The notes beneath the pieces are model-generated. The model searched no databases, was not told where the DNA came from, and saw only the letters and a list, made by a program, of their open reading frames with translations. 64,000 nt of DNA from Eledone cirrhosa (taxonomy: Eukaryota). Below are positions 11,745 through 26,199 of the stretch, in pieces; the first letter of the stretch is position 1, and every line of letters starts with the position of its first letter. Both the position numbers and the translations under genes were made by a program. Where the stretch lies: contig OZ024742.1 in the NCBI GenBank assembly GCA_964016885.1, positions 367,102,001-367,166,000 on the forward strand, read 5' to 3'.

Positions 11745-14700
11745 TAATCAATTAACACTAGAGAAAAGAAAACAAACATAGGTACGCACATACACACACA
11801 TATATATATAAAAAAAATATGTATACATACAAATACGTACAGACAAAAGCGCATGCATGCGTACATACATACACACGAGGCACGTATATATATATATATA
11901 TCGCTACATGTATATCTAATCACACGCACGTACGCGACTATATATGTATATACATATATACATACACACCCATACATACATATACATATACACACATATA
12001 CATACACATACACATACATTCACCCGCATACACACACACGTATAAATAAGTATGTAAAAACAGATATAAAAACACATATACACACACATATATATACGTA
12101 CGCACGTACACATACGGAGGCGCTCGTATACATATACAGAACGTATACACACATATGCACACTCACACGTATAGAAACAGATTATAAACCAGCCGTATTA
12201 ATGAATGAGAACAAATATAAAATCGGCAGCGAAACAACAGAATATATCTGAAGTGGAAAACGCAAGTGACAACTAATATCAGGTAGTGAAAGAAAATTGT
12301 GTTGTATTGTACATTAAATTTAGCTCTGGTACTTACATAGAGCACTCTTCACTCCTATGACTTTTTCAATTTTCAACGGAAACTTCAATACTTATACAGC
12401 TCCCAAGGGAATGATCGCAACATATTCTCCATTTTTATGAGATTGGCACCTTCCAGCCCTTTTAAAGTCGAGCACTCTTCAGTCAATAGGATTTTAAACC
12501 AATACTGAACATGGATAAATATCCTTTGGATTACTCTATCAAGAATATCCCAACAAGTTCTAACACTTCCTACACGAAAATGCTGATAGACAAAGTAGAG
12601 AAAGTTGTTAAAAGAATGAGATGGAAAGCTTTAATTCTCGATGGACACTTTAACACGCACTCTACGGAACATTTTGATATCAAAACTCATAAATACCCGC
12701 AAAGAGTAAAAGATATGACCGCCTTTGAACTAGACTTAGTTAATCTAATCAACAATATCAATTTTCGTAAGTACTCTAACCCTTTTCAATCTAAACTATC
12801 TAATGATATTTCAATATTCAAATCTTCTAAAAACAAGTTCATTTTCTCCGACAAAACTAAAAACTTATACGAAGTTAATAATAATTTACATGACCAACTC
12901 TTAATAGATAACATCACCTCTAAATACCAAATAGCTCATATAAACACGTATAATAATATAAATAAGGAAGCTAAAGAATTAGCTAGTTCTTTAAAAATAG
13001 ATAATAGGACAGAAAAACTTGCTAAACGTAATGAATATATCACCCTTAAGGATCACAAACCTGACTTTATTAATCGTCCTAGTTGTAGATTAATCAACCC
13101 TGTTATGACTGATATCAGTCTTGCTAGCAACAAATTTTTAAATAATATAAACACACAGATTAGAAGTAAGTCTGAATTACTCCAATGGATAAATAGATCT
13201 TCTGTAGTACATTGGTTTAATAATATTAAAGATAAAAATAGTTCTAGATTCACCCAATTTGACATTGAAGATTTCTACCCGTCGATCCCTCAGACTATTT
13301 TAGCGAAAGCCTTAAATTTCGCTAGAAAGTTTACCAATATTTCTGATATTGAAGAGAATGTCATCTTGCATGCTAGAAACACTCTACTCTTTACTGATAA
13401 TGACACTTGGGTAAAAATATCTAACCCAGAGAACCCATTCGATGTCTCAATGGGCTCTTTTGACAGTGCTGATGTTTGTGATTTAGTCGGCCTATTCCTC
13501 CTACACACACTTAAAGATAAATTCCCTAACCATATTTTGGGGCTTTATCGCGACGATGGTCTAATACTTTCCCATACCACCATAGGCCATAACTTAGATA
13601 GATTAAGAAAAGACTTAATAAAAACCTTCGCTAGTTTTAATCTTAAAATTACTATTGACACTAACCTTGCCAATGTTAATTTTCTAGATATAAACCTAGA
13701 TCTGCCTACTGCTTCTTATAAACCATACCATAAACCTAATGAAAATTTAAAATATATAAATAAAGGCTCTTGCCATCCTCCTATAGTTTTCAAAAACCGT
13801 ATTAGCCGTAGGATCTCCACCCTCTCTTCCTCACAAGCTATTTTCAATAAGGCATCTCCCTACTATAATAAAGCCCTTCAAAATAGCGGATTTAGCGAAC
13901 CGATTAAGTACATACCCAACAATACTAACGCTTTTAAACATAATAATAGGAAAAGAAAAATAATCTGGTTCACACCCCCTACTCTCTAGCAGTTAAAACT
14001 AACGTAGGCAAAACATTCCTAGAGCTCTTAGATAAACATTTCCCTAGAACACATAGATACTATAAGATCTTCAATAGAAATTGTGTCAAAATTAGCTACT
14101 CCTGCGGTCCCCCTATTAAATCTTATATCATCAATAAGAAATCACCCAGAGAACATCAAAATTGCTCCTGTAGAGTCAAAAGTGAATGCCCATTACAAGG
14201 TAAATGCAACACCAAAGCCATTGTATATGCTGCTAAAGTGACAACCATCAGCAACAACCAACCAGCCACCAGCGAACGATATGTGGGTATGACACAACAC
14301 AAATTCAAAAAGCGTTATTACTCACATGTCGCATCTTTCCGACATCCAGAAAAAAGATTCACAACAGCTCTGGCTAGCAGAATATGGGATTTGAAAGACC
14401 AAGGTATCCAATATAAATTGGATTGGTCAATTTTGAACCAATCTAAAGAATATGCAAGAGGAACAAGAAGATGCACACTCTGCATAAGTGAAACATATTG
14501 GATTTTACGGAACCTTAAATCACCAAAAACCTGCCTAAATACAAAAACAGAAATGTTCACCAGTTGCCCACACATGAAATCACACTTGCTTTCCAGCTCA
14601 TATAAACTTAACTCACTTTCAGATACTTATCCTCCGTAAACTCTTATTCTTCACTTTCCTTAAATTATCCTCTTTACAGACTTCTCTTTCTGATTTACTT

Positions 14701-15390
14701 TCATTTTTAACTTTATTTTTAATTTTATTTTTATTTTTACTTCACATCGACCAGTAAGCCCCCCCTCAACTTTTCGATTCACTTACCTAATATCTGCACA
14801 TTCCACATTTTACTTCCCCATTTTCTTTCACTACCTGATATTAGTTGTCACTTGCGTTTTCCACTTCAGATATATTCTGTTGTTTCGCAGCCGATTTTAT
14901 ATTTGTACTCATTCATTAATACGGCTGGTTTATAATCTGTATCTATGCGTGTGAGTGTGCATATGTGTGTATACGTTCTGTATATGTATACGAACGCCTC
15001 CGTATGTGTGCGTGCGTACGTATATATATGTGTGTGTATGTGTGTTTTTATATCTATGTTTTTTTATACTTATTTATCTATGTTTTTTACATACATATTT
15101 ATACGTGTGTGTGTATGCGGGTGAATGTATGTGTATGTGTATGTATATGTGTGTATATGTATATGTATGGGTGTGTATGTATATATGTATATACATATAT
15201 AGTCGCGTACGTGCGTGTGATTAGATATACATGTAGCGATATATATATATACGTGCCTCGTGTATATGTATGTACGCATGCATGCGCTTTTGTCTGTACG
15301 TATTTGTATGTATACATATTTTTTATATATATATATGTGTGTGTATGTGCGTACCTATGTTTGTTTTCTTTTCTCTAGTGTTAATTGATT
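11745..15390 (+). mobile_element. Penelope-like retroelement with inverted 5' copy of its 3' region
   Basis: 11745-12297 is the reverse complement of ~14820-15390; these flank the RT-EN ORF. Confidence 0.9.
12511..14639 (+). CDS. Penelope-like reverse transcriptase + C-terminal GIY-YIG endonuclease (probably Naiad clade); single 1-nt frameshift at 13975-13979
   Basis: YSIKNIP, KRMRWKA, SDKT, TLKDHK, FDIEDFYPSI, MGSFDS, YRDDG, NFLDI; after the shift WFTPP-YSLAVKTNVG, CSC..CPLQGKC, IVY..YVG, CTLC..E; no stops; ~709 aa if restored. Confidence 0.92.
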
Positions 15391-16010
15391 ACTTTCTCTT
15401 TCATTTAAAAATGTTTTTCGTTCTCATATATTGTTTCATTTTTATACATATATCGAGAATGACACTTCTTTTTACTATTAAACTCCCTTCGCTCTTTATC
15501 TTCCGCATATAAGTGACCGCGCGTGTGTGTGTGTTTATACGCGCGCTTTCATACTCGTATGTGTATTTAATACCTGTATCTGGAAGCGTGTTAACTATAT
15601 TATCTTACAATTTCCTTTTTCAACTCATATTATATACGTATTTGTGGTCACATATACACAAATATACTTTCCCTCATATATGTACTTACGCACACATTTT
15701 CACCATACACATACATTTGTACATACACACATATGTACATTTATGAGTGTATATACATACTTATACGCATACCCTGACTGTATTTCCTTGTTGTTTTTTT
15801 TGTATATCTTTTGCGTTACTTTTATTTATATATTTTTTGCCCGTTGGACTCTTGCATTTCTTGAGGAGACTTTTCAAATATTTCGGTGTTTTAAATTGCT
15901 TTGTCCAGTGGGCGAGTGGGGACGTTTTTCGTGATTGTCTTGTTCGGGTGACTTCTGGTGGTGGGGTAGCTGTGTGGTATTGTTTATTGTACATTATATA
16001 TATATATATA

Positions 16011-16191
16011 ATGGTGGATTGGCAGTATCGGTAGAGGGTCGGACGCCATGCTTTCCAGCATAGTTACGTCCCTTTACGATCTGAGTTCAAATCCCGCCGA
16101 GGTTGACTTTGCCTTTCATCCTTACGGGTCGATAAAATAAAGTACCAGTAATGCACTGGGTAATTGCTGGCCTTGTGCCTAAAGTAGAAAC

Positions 16192-16197
<6 letters not shown>
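16011..16197 (+). mobile_element. SINE S1
   Basis: A box TGGCAGTATCGG, B box GAGTTCAAATCC, same body as 1882. Confidence 0.9.
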
Positions 16198-16239
<42 letters not shown>

Positions 16240-16345
16240 GGGGTCGGTGGGGGTACGTATGATGTTATTACAATATTATATATTTTATAGAGAGATACGG
16301 TTAAATGATGCATATGATTGAATAATATATACATGTATATATATT

Positions 16346-16383
<38 letters not shown>

Positions 16384-16871
16384 TATAAATATTATAATAT
16401 AATATATATATATTTATGCAATATATATACATGTAAAAATATTTATATATATATATATGTGTGTGTGTATGTGTGTGTGTTTGCGTGTGCGTTTATGCGT
16501 GTATATATGCATGTATAAATATTTATATATATATATATATATGTGTGTATGTATGTGTGTGTGTCTGCGTGTGTGTTTGTGTGTGTACTTGTATATATAT
16601 ATATATATATGAGTCTGTAAGTGTGTACTTGTATGTAGCAGCACACACACATACAAAATGTGTGGCTATTTGTCATAATGTCATCCAATGTAATACACAT
16701 ACAAATAGCACACATAACCACACACTACATACTATCAATAAAACATACGTTTGTTATGTATATAATTATATACACGCGTGAAAAATTCAACAGAATATAA
16801 ACTGTCCCAACATTGTATATGATAAGATGAGATAGGTAACAGTGAATATATACCTATATACCCCACACTCA

Positions 16872-16925
<54 letters not shown>

Positions 16926-16929
<4 letters not shown>

Positions 16930-17084
16930 AACGAGTAGGACCCCGACGGCTAACCTCAAGCCGTTTCGACGGCTTGAGCTCAGCCATCGGGGTCCTACTC
17001 GTTCCTATTACCCACTCTACTACACTAAGTATTGAGTACTTTGGTGCGTTATGGTCCACCTGGTTCCTTACCACATTTCCTTCG

Positions 17085-17086
<2 letters not shown>
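16926..17086. mobile_element. Fold-back family A, copy 5
   Basis: TAGGAACGAGTAGGACCCCGA../..TCGGGGTCCTACTCGTTCCTA then tail to CCTTCGT; TA on both sides. Confidence 0.9.
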
Positions 17087-17133
<47 letters not shown>

Positions 17134-17281
17134 AGTGAGTGAGTGTGTATGTGTATATATATGTGTGTGTGTGTGTACGTATATATATGTATATATGAGT
17201 GAGTGTGTGTGTATGTGTGTATATATATATGTGTGTGTGTGCGTATAGATATAGATATATAGGAATATATATATATGTATA

Positions 17282-17317
<36 letters not shown>

Positions 17318-17376
17318 TATATGTATTTATATATTTATATATATATACATATATATATACATATATACATATACAA

Positions 17377-17429
<53 letters not shown>

Positions 17430-18185
17430 CATATACACACATACTATTGTGTGTGTATATATTGTGTGTGTATATATATATGTGTGAGTGTGTATATATA
17501 AATATGTATATGTATATTTGTGTGCCTATAAATGGAGAGAGAGAAATGTGTATAGGTTTCTCCGTGTGTATATATACATATATATACGTCTGTTTGTCTG
17601 TGCATGTATGTCTACATATGTATGTGTATGTTTGAGTGTGTATATATATAGAGAGAGAAAAAGAAGTGTATAGGATTGTGTGTGTTTGTGGGGAGGGGTC
17701 TGTCTGTGCATGTATGTATACATATGTGTAGGTTTGTGTGTTTATAGAGAGTGAGGGATAAAGAGTGAGGGAAACATGTGTTTCTCTTCCTCGCTCTGTG
17801 TGTGTGTGTGTGTATGTATGCGTGTGTTTGTGTGTTTGTGTATGTATGTATGTGTGTGTGTGTGTATGTATGTGTGTATGTGTATGTGTGTGTGTGTATG
17901 TGTGTGTGTGTGTATGTATGTGTGTGTGTGTGTGTGTATGTATGTGTGTATGTGTATGTGTGTATGTGTGTGTGTGTGCGTATTTGAATCTGTGTCAATA
18001 TTTGTCATTAAAAAAAATTTGACCAAATGCAAACAAAGAGAATCGTTCGATCAAAGTTATAAAAGCTGACGTTTGGTTATAAAAATGATTTATTTCGGAG
18101 AATATTCCTGACGTCGCGGCAACCATTTATAAACGGTTTCAACTTAGTGAGACAATATAAAAACAACTTCTAAAACAAAGCTACA

Positions 18186-18329
18186 ATGGTGGAGGAAACC
18201 AGGCAGAATATATTCCGTCTTCTACTGTTTTTACCATTATTTTGTGGCATTCTTATTGGTTTCAACTATTTTAATTTGGTTTCTCATGACCAACAGTATA
18301 AGCTGGAGAGCAGGTCTTACGTATACTGA
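18186..18329 (+). CDS. Candidate short ORF or first coding exon with hydrophobic signal-anchor-like stretch (47 aa)
   Basis: ACAATGG Kozak context; TATAAA at 18128; TGACGT at 18067 and 18109; [32 protein letters not shown]. Confidence 0.25.
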   Translation: MVEETRQNIFRLLLFLPLFCGILIGFNYFNLVSHDQQYKLESRSYVY

Positions 18330-18383
18330 CGTGCAATTCTATACACGCATTTCTGAATGTGTGTATATATGTTAGCACATGTA

Positions 18384-18432
<49 letters not shown>

Positions 18433-18451
18433 TTGTGCGTGTGTGCATATA

Positions 18452-18543
<92 letters not shown>

Positions 18544-18544
<1 letters not shown>

Positions 18545-21500
18545 ATACAGGTATGTGTGTAGATGAGAGCTATACAGGTATGTGTGTAGATGAGAGATAT
18601 AAAGGTGTGTGTGTAGATAAGAGCTATACAGGTATGTGTGTAGATGAGAGCTATACAGGTATGTGTGTAGATGAGAGCTATACAGGTATGTGTGTAGATG
18701 AGGGCTATACAGGTATGTGTGTAGACGAGAGCTATACAGGTATGTGTGTTGATGAGAGATATACAGGTATGTGTGTAGACAAGAGCTATACAGGTATGTG
18801 TGTAGATGAGGGCTATACAGGTATGTGTGTAGACGAGAGCTATACAGGTATGTGTGTAGATGAGAGCTATACAGGTATGTGTGTAGACGAGAGCTATACA
18901 GGTATGTGTGTAGATGAGGGCTATACAGGTATGTGTGTAGATGAGAGCTATACAGGTATGTGTGTAGACAAGAGCTATACAGGTATGTGGGTAGACGAGA
19001 GCTATACAGGTATGTGTGTAGACAAGAGCTATACAGGTATGTGTGTAGATGAGAGCTATACAGGTATGTGGGTAGACGAGAGCTATACAGGTATGTGGGT
19101 AGACGAGAGCCATACAGGTATGTGTGTAGACAAGAGCTATACAGGTATGTGGGTAGACGAGAGCTATACAGGTATGTGTGTAGTCAAGAGCTATACAGGT
19201 ATGTGTGTAGATGAGAGCTATACAGGTATGTGGGTAGACGAGAGCTATACAGGTATGTGTGTAGACAAGAGCTATACAGTTATGTGTGTAGATGAGAGCT
19301 ATACAGGTATGTGGGTAGACGAGAGCTATACAGGTATGTGTGTAGATGAGAGCTATACAGGTATGTGTGTAGATGAGAGCTATACAGGTATGTGTGTAGA
19401 TGAGAGATATACAGGTATGTGTGTAGATGAGAGCTATACAGGTATGTGTGTAGATGAGAGCTATAGAGGTATGTGTGTAGATGAGAGCTATACAGCTATG
19501 TGTGTAGACAAGAGCTATACAGGTATGTGTGTAGATGAGAGCTATACAGGTATGTGTGTAGATGAGAGATATACAGGTATGTGTGTAGATGAGAGCTATA
19601 CAGGTATGTGTGTAGATGAGAGCTATAGAGGTATGTGTGTCGATGAGAGCTATACAGGTATGTGTGTAGATGAGAGATATACAGGTATGTGTGTAGATGA
19701 GAGCTATACAGGTATGTGTGTAGATGAGAGCTATAGAGGTATGTGTGTAGATGAGAGCTATACAGGTATGTGTGTAGATGAGAGCTATACAGGTATGTGT
19801 GTAGATGAGAGCTATACAGGTATGTGTGTAGATGAGAGATATACAGGTATGTGTGTAGATGAGAGCTATACAGGTATGTGTGTAGATGAGAGCTATAGAG
19901 GTATGTGTGTAGATGAGAGCTATACAGCTATGTGTGTAGACAAGAGCTATACAGGTATGTGTGTAGATGAGAGCTATACAGGTACGTGGGTAGATGAGAG
20001 CTATACAGGTATGTGTGTAGATGAGAGATATACAGGTATGTGTGTAGATGAGAGCTATACAGGTATGTGTGTAGATGAGAGATATACAGGTATGTGTGTA
20101 GACAAGAGCTATACAGGTATGTGTGTAGATGAGAGCTATACAGGTATGTGTGTAGATGAGAGATATACAGGTATGTGTGTAGATGAGAGCTATACAGGTA
20201 TGTGGGTAGATGAGAGCTATATATGTATGTGTGTAGATGAGAGCTATACAGGTATGTGTGTAGATGAGAGCTATACAGGTATGTGGGTAGATGAGAGCTA
20301 TATATGTATGTGTGTAGATGAGAGCTATACAGGTATGTGTGTAGATGAGAGCTACACAGGTGTGTGGGTAGATGAGAGCTATACAGGTATGTGGGTAGAT
20401 GAGAGCTATACAGGTATGTGTGTAGATGAGGGCTATACAGGTATGTGTGTAGATGAGAGCTGTACAGGTATTGGGTAGACGAGAGCTATACAGGTATGTG
20501 TGTAGACAAGAGCTATACAGGTATGTGTGTAGATGAGAGCTATACGGGTATGTGTGTAGATGAGAGCTATACAGGTATGGGTGTAGATGAGAGCTATACA
20601 GGTATGTGTGTTGATGAGAGCTATACAGGTATGTGTGTTGATGAGAGCTATACAGGTATGTGTGTAGATGAGGGCTATACAGGTACGTGTGTAGATGAGG
20701 GCTATACAGGTATGTGGGTAGACGAGGGCTATACAGGTATGTGTGTAGACAAGAGCTATACAGGTATGTGTGTAGACAAGAGCTATACAGGTATGTGGGT
20801 AGACGAGAGCTATACAGGTATGTGTGTAGACAAGAGTTATACAGGTATGTGTATAGATGAGAGCTATACAGGTATGTGTGTAGACAAGAGTTATACAGGT
20901 ATGTGTGTAGATGAGAGATATACAGGTATGTGTGTAGACAAGAGTTATACAGGTATGTGTATAGATGAGAGCTATACAGGTATGTGTGTAGACAAGAGTT
21001 ATACAGGTGTGTGTGTAGATGAGAGATATACAGGTGTGTGTGTAGATGAGAGCTATAGAGGTATGTGTGTAGATGAGAGCTAAACAGGTATGTGTGTAGA
21101 TGAGAGATATACAGGTGTGTGTGTAGATGAGAGCTATAGAGGTATGTGTGTAGATGAGAGCTAAACAGGTATGTGTGTAGATGAGAGATATACAGGTATG
21201 TGTGTAGATGAGAGCTATACAGGTATGTGGGTAGACGAGAGCTATACAGGTATGTGGGTAGACGAGAGCTATACAGGTATGTGTGTAGATGAGAGCTATA
21301 CAGGTATGTGTGTAGACGAGGGCTATACAGGTATGTGGGTAGACGAGAGCTATACAGGTATGTGGGTAGACGAGAGCTATACAGGTATGTGTGTAGACAA
21401 GAGTTATACAGGTATGTGTATAGATGAGAGCTATACAGGTATGTGTGTAGACAAGAGTTATACAGGTATGTGTATAGATGAGAGATATACAGGTGTGTGT

Positions 21501-24500
21501 GTAGATGAGAGCTATAGAGGTATGTGTGTAGATGAGAGCTAAACAGGTATGTGTGTAGATGAGAGATATACAGGTATGTGTGTAGATGAGAGCTATACAG
21601 GTATGTGGCTAGACGAGAGCTATACAGGTATGTGTGTAGATGAGAGCTATACAGGTATGTGTGTAGATGAGAGATATACAGGTATGTGTGTAGATGAGAG
21701 CTATACATGTATGTGTGTAGATGAGAGATATACAAGTATGTGTGTAGACGAGAGCTATACAGGTATGTGTGTAGATGAGAGCTATACATGTATGTGTGTA
21801 GATGAGAGATATACAAGTATGTGTGTAGACGAGAGCTATACAGGTATGTGTGTAGACAAAAGCTATACAGGTATGTGTGTAGATGAGAGCTATACAGGTA
21901 TGTGTGTAGATGAGAGCTATACAGGTATGTGTGTAGATGAGAGCTATACAGGTATGTGTGTAGACGAGGGCTATACAGGTATGTGTGTAGATGAGAGCTA
22001 TACAGGTATGTGTGTAGATGAGGGTTATACAGGTATGTGTGTAGATGAGAGCTATACAGGTATGTGTGTAGACGAGGGCTATACAGGTATGTGTGTAGAT
22101 GAGAGCTATACAGGTATGTGTGTAGATGAGGGCTATACAGGTATGTGGGTAGACGAGAGCTATACAGGTATGTGTGTAGACAAGTGCTATACAGGTATGT
22201 GTGTAGATGAGAGCTATAGAGGTATGTGTGTAGATGAGAGCTATACAGCTATGTGTTTTAGATGAGAGCTATACAGGTATGTGTGTAGATGAGGACTATA
22301 CAGGTATGTGTCTAGACGAGGGCTATACAGGTATGTTTGTAGACGAGAGCTATACAGGTATGTGTGTAGACGAGAGCTATACAGGTATGTGTGTAGATGA
22401 GAGCTATACAGGTATGTGTGTAGATGAGGGCTATACAGGTATGTGTGTAGATGAGAGCTATACAGGTATGTGTGTAGACGAGAGCTATACAGGTATGTGT
22501 GTACATGAGAGCTATACAGGTATGTGGGTAGACGAGAGCTATACACTTATGTGTGTAGACGAGGCCTATACAGGTATGTGTGTAGACAAGATCTATACAG
22601 GTATGTGTGTAGACAAGAGCTATACAGGTATGTGTGTAGACGAGAGCTATACTGGTATGTGTGTAGATGAGAGCTATACAGGTATGTGGGTAGACGAGAG
22701 CTATACAGGTATGTGTGTAGACAAGAGCTATACAGGTATGTGTGTAGATGAGAGCTATACAGGTATGTGTGTAGATGAGAGATATACAGGTATGTGTGTA
22801 GACGAGAGCTATACAGGTATGTGTGTAGATGAGAGCTATATAGGCATGTGTGTAGATGAGAGCTATACAGCTATGTGTGTAGATGAGAGCTATACAGGTA
22901 TGTGTGTAGATGAGAAGTATACAGGTATGTGTGTAGATGAAGGCTATACAGCTATGTGTGTAGATGAGAGCTATACAGGTATGTGTGTAGATGAGAGCTA
23001 TACAGGTATGTGTGTACATGAGAGCTATACAGGTATGTGGGTAGACGAGAGCTATACACTTATGTGTGTAGACGAGGCCTATACAGGTATGTGTGTAGAC
23101 AAGATCTATACAGGTATGTGTGTAGACAAGAGCTATACAGGTATGTGTGTAGACGAGAGCTATACTGGTATGTGTGTAGATGAGAGCTATACATGTATGT
23201 GTGTAGACGAGGGCTATACAGTTATGTGTGTAGACAAGAGCTATACAGGTATGTGTGTAGACTAGAGCGATACAGGTATGTGGGTAGACGAGAGCTATAC
23301 AGGTATGTGTGTAGTCAAGAGCTATACAGGTATGTGTGTAGATGAGAGCTATACAGGTATGTGTGTAGATGAGAGATATACAGGTATGTGTGTAGATAAG
23401 AGCTATACAGGTATGTGTGTAGACAAGAGCTATACAGGTATGTGTGTAGATGAGAGCTATACAGGTATGTGTGTAGATGAGAGCTATACAGGTATGTGTG
23501 TAGATGAGAGATATACAGGTATGTGTGTAGACAAGAGCTATACAGGTATGTGTGTAGATGAGAGCTATACAGGTATGTGTGTAGATGAGAGCTATAAAGG
23601 TATGTATGTAGATGAGAGCTATACAGGTATGTGTGTAGATGAGAGATATACAGGTATGTGTGTAGATGAGAGATATTCAGGTATGTGTGTAGACGAGAGC
23701 TATAAAGGTAAATGTGTAGATGAGAGCTATACAGGTATGTGTGTAGATGAGAGCTATACAGGTATGGGTGTAGATGAGAGCTATACAGGTATGTGTGTTG
23801 ATGAGAGCTATACAGGTATGTGTGTAGATGAGAGCTATACAGGTATGTGTGTAGACAAGAGCTATACAGGTATGTGTGTAGATGAGAGCTATACAGGTAT
23901 GTGTGTAGATGAGAGCTATACAGGTATGTGTGTAGATGAGAGCTATACAGGTATGTGTGTAGATGAGAGCTATACAGGTATGTGTGTAGATGAGAGCTAT
24001 ACAGGTATGTGTGTAGATGAGAGCTATACAGGTATGTGTGTAGATGAGAGCTATACAGGTATGGGTGTAGATGAGAGCTATACAGGTATGGGTGTAGATG
24101 AGAGCTATACAGGTATGGGTGTAGATGAGAGATATACAGGTATGTGTGTAGATGAGAGCTATACAGGTATGTGTGTAGATGAGGGCTATACAGGTATGTG
24201 TGTAGATGAGAGCTATACAGGTATGTGGGTAGACGAGAGCTATACAGGTATGTGTGTAGATGAGAGCTATACAGGTATGTGTGTAGACGAGGGCTATACA
24301 GGTATGTGTGTAGACAAGAGCTATACAGGTATGTGTGTTGATGAGAGCTATACAGGTACGTGTGTAGATGAGGGCTATACAGGTATGTGTGTAGATGAGA
24401 GCTATACAGGTATGTGTGTAGACGAGGGCTATACAGGTATGTGTGTAGACAAGAGCTATACAGGTATGTGTGTAGATGAGAGATATACAGGTGTGTGTGT

Positions 24501-26166
24501 AGATGAGAGCTATAGAGGTATGTGTGTAGATGAGAGCTAAACAGGTATGTGTGTAGATGAGAGCTATACAGGTATGTGTGTAGATGAGAGCTATACAGGT
24601 ATGTGTGTAGATGAGAGCTATACAGGTATGTGTGTAGATGAGAGCTATACAGGTATGTGTGTAGATGAGGGCTATACAGGTATGTGTGTAGATGAGAGCT
24701 ATGCAGGTATGTGTGTAGATGAGAGCTATACAGGTATGTGTGTAGATGAGAGATATACAGGTGTGTGTGTAGATGAGAGCTATACAGGTATGTGTGTAGA
24801 TGAGGGCTATACAGTTATGTGTGTAGACAAGAGCTATACAGGTATGTGTGTAGACAAGAGCGATACAGGTATGTGTGTAGATGAGAGCTATACAGGTATG
24901 TGTGTAGTCAAGAGCTATACAGGTATGTGTTTAGATTAGAGCTATACAGGTATGTGGGTAGATGAGAGCTATACAGGTATGTGTGTAGACAAGAGCTATA
25001 CAGGTATGTGTGTAGATGAGAGCTATACAGGTATGTGTGTGGATGAGAGCTATACAGGTATGTGTGTAGATGAGAGCTATACAGGTATGTGGGTAGACGA
25101 GAGCTATACAGGTATGTGTGTAGATGAGAGCTATACAGGTATGTGTGTAGACGAGGGCTATACAGGTGTGGGTAGACGAGAGCTATACAGGTATGTGGGT
25201 AGACGAGAGCTATACAGGTATGTGTGTAGACAAGAGTTATACAGGTATGTGTATAGATGAGAGCTATACAGGTATGTGTGTAGACAAGAGTTATACAGGT
25301 ATGTGTATAGATGAGAGATATACAGGTGTGTGTGTAGATGAGAGCTATAGAGGTATGTGTGTAGATGAGAGCTAAACAGGTATGTGTGTAGATGAGAGCT
25401 ATACAGGTATGTGTGTAGATGAGAGCTATACAGGTATGTGTGTAGATGAGAGCTATACAGGTATGTGTGTAGACAAGAGCTATACAGGTATGTGTGTAGA
25501 TGAGAGCTATACAGGTATGTGTGTAGATGAGAGCTATACAGGTATGTGTGTAGATGAGAGCTAAACAGGTATGTGTGTAGATGAGAGATATACAGGTATG
25601 TGTGTAGATGAGAGCTATACAGGTATGTGGGTCGACGAGAGCTATACAGGTATGTGTGTAGATGAGAGCTATACAGCTATGTGTGTAGATGAGAGATATA
25701 CAGGTATGTGTGTAGACAAGAGCTATACAGGTATGTGTGTAGATGAGAGCTATACAGGTATGTGTGTAGATGAGAGCTATACAGGTATGTGTGTAGATGA
25801 GAGATATACAGGTATGTGTGTAGACAAGAGCTATACAGGTATGTGTGTAGATGAGAGCTATACAGGTATGTGTGTAGATGAGAGATATACAGGTATGTAT
25901 GTAGATGAGAGCTATACAGGTATGTGTGTAGATGAGAGATATACAGGTATGTGTGTAGATGAGAGATATTCAGGTATGTGTGTAGACGAGAGCTATAAAG
26001 GTAAATGTGTAGATGAGAGCTATACAGGTATGTGTGTAGATGAGAGCTATACAGGTATGGGTGTAGATGAGAGCTATACAGGTATGTGTGTAGACGAGAG
26101 CTATACAGGTATGTGTGTAGATGAGGGCTATACAGGTATGTGTGTAGATGAGGGCTATACAGGTAT
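18544..26166. repeat. 27 bp minisatellite, ~280 units
   Basis: TATACAGGTATGTGTGTAGATGAGAGC; accounts for the YTGMCVDES ORFs. Confidence 0.98.

Positions 26167-26199
<33 letters not shown>

Noticed and set aside
12511-14639. Selenocysteine-recoded Naiad ORF
   Set aside because: No in-frame TGA; the break is a 1-nt frameshift leading to TAG
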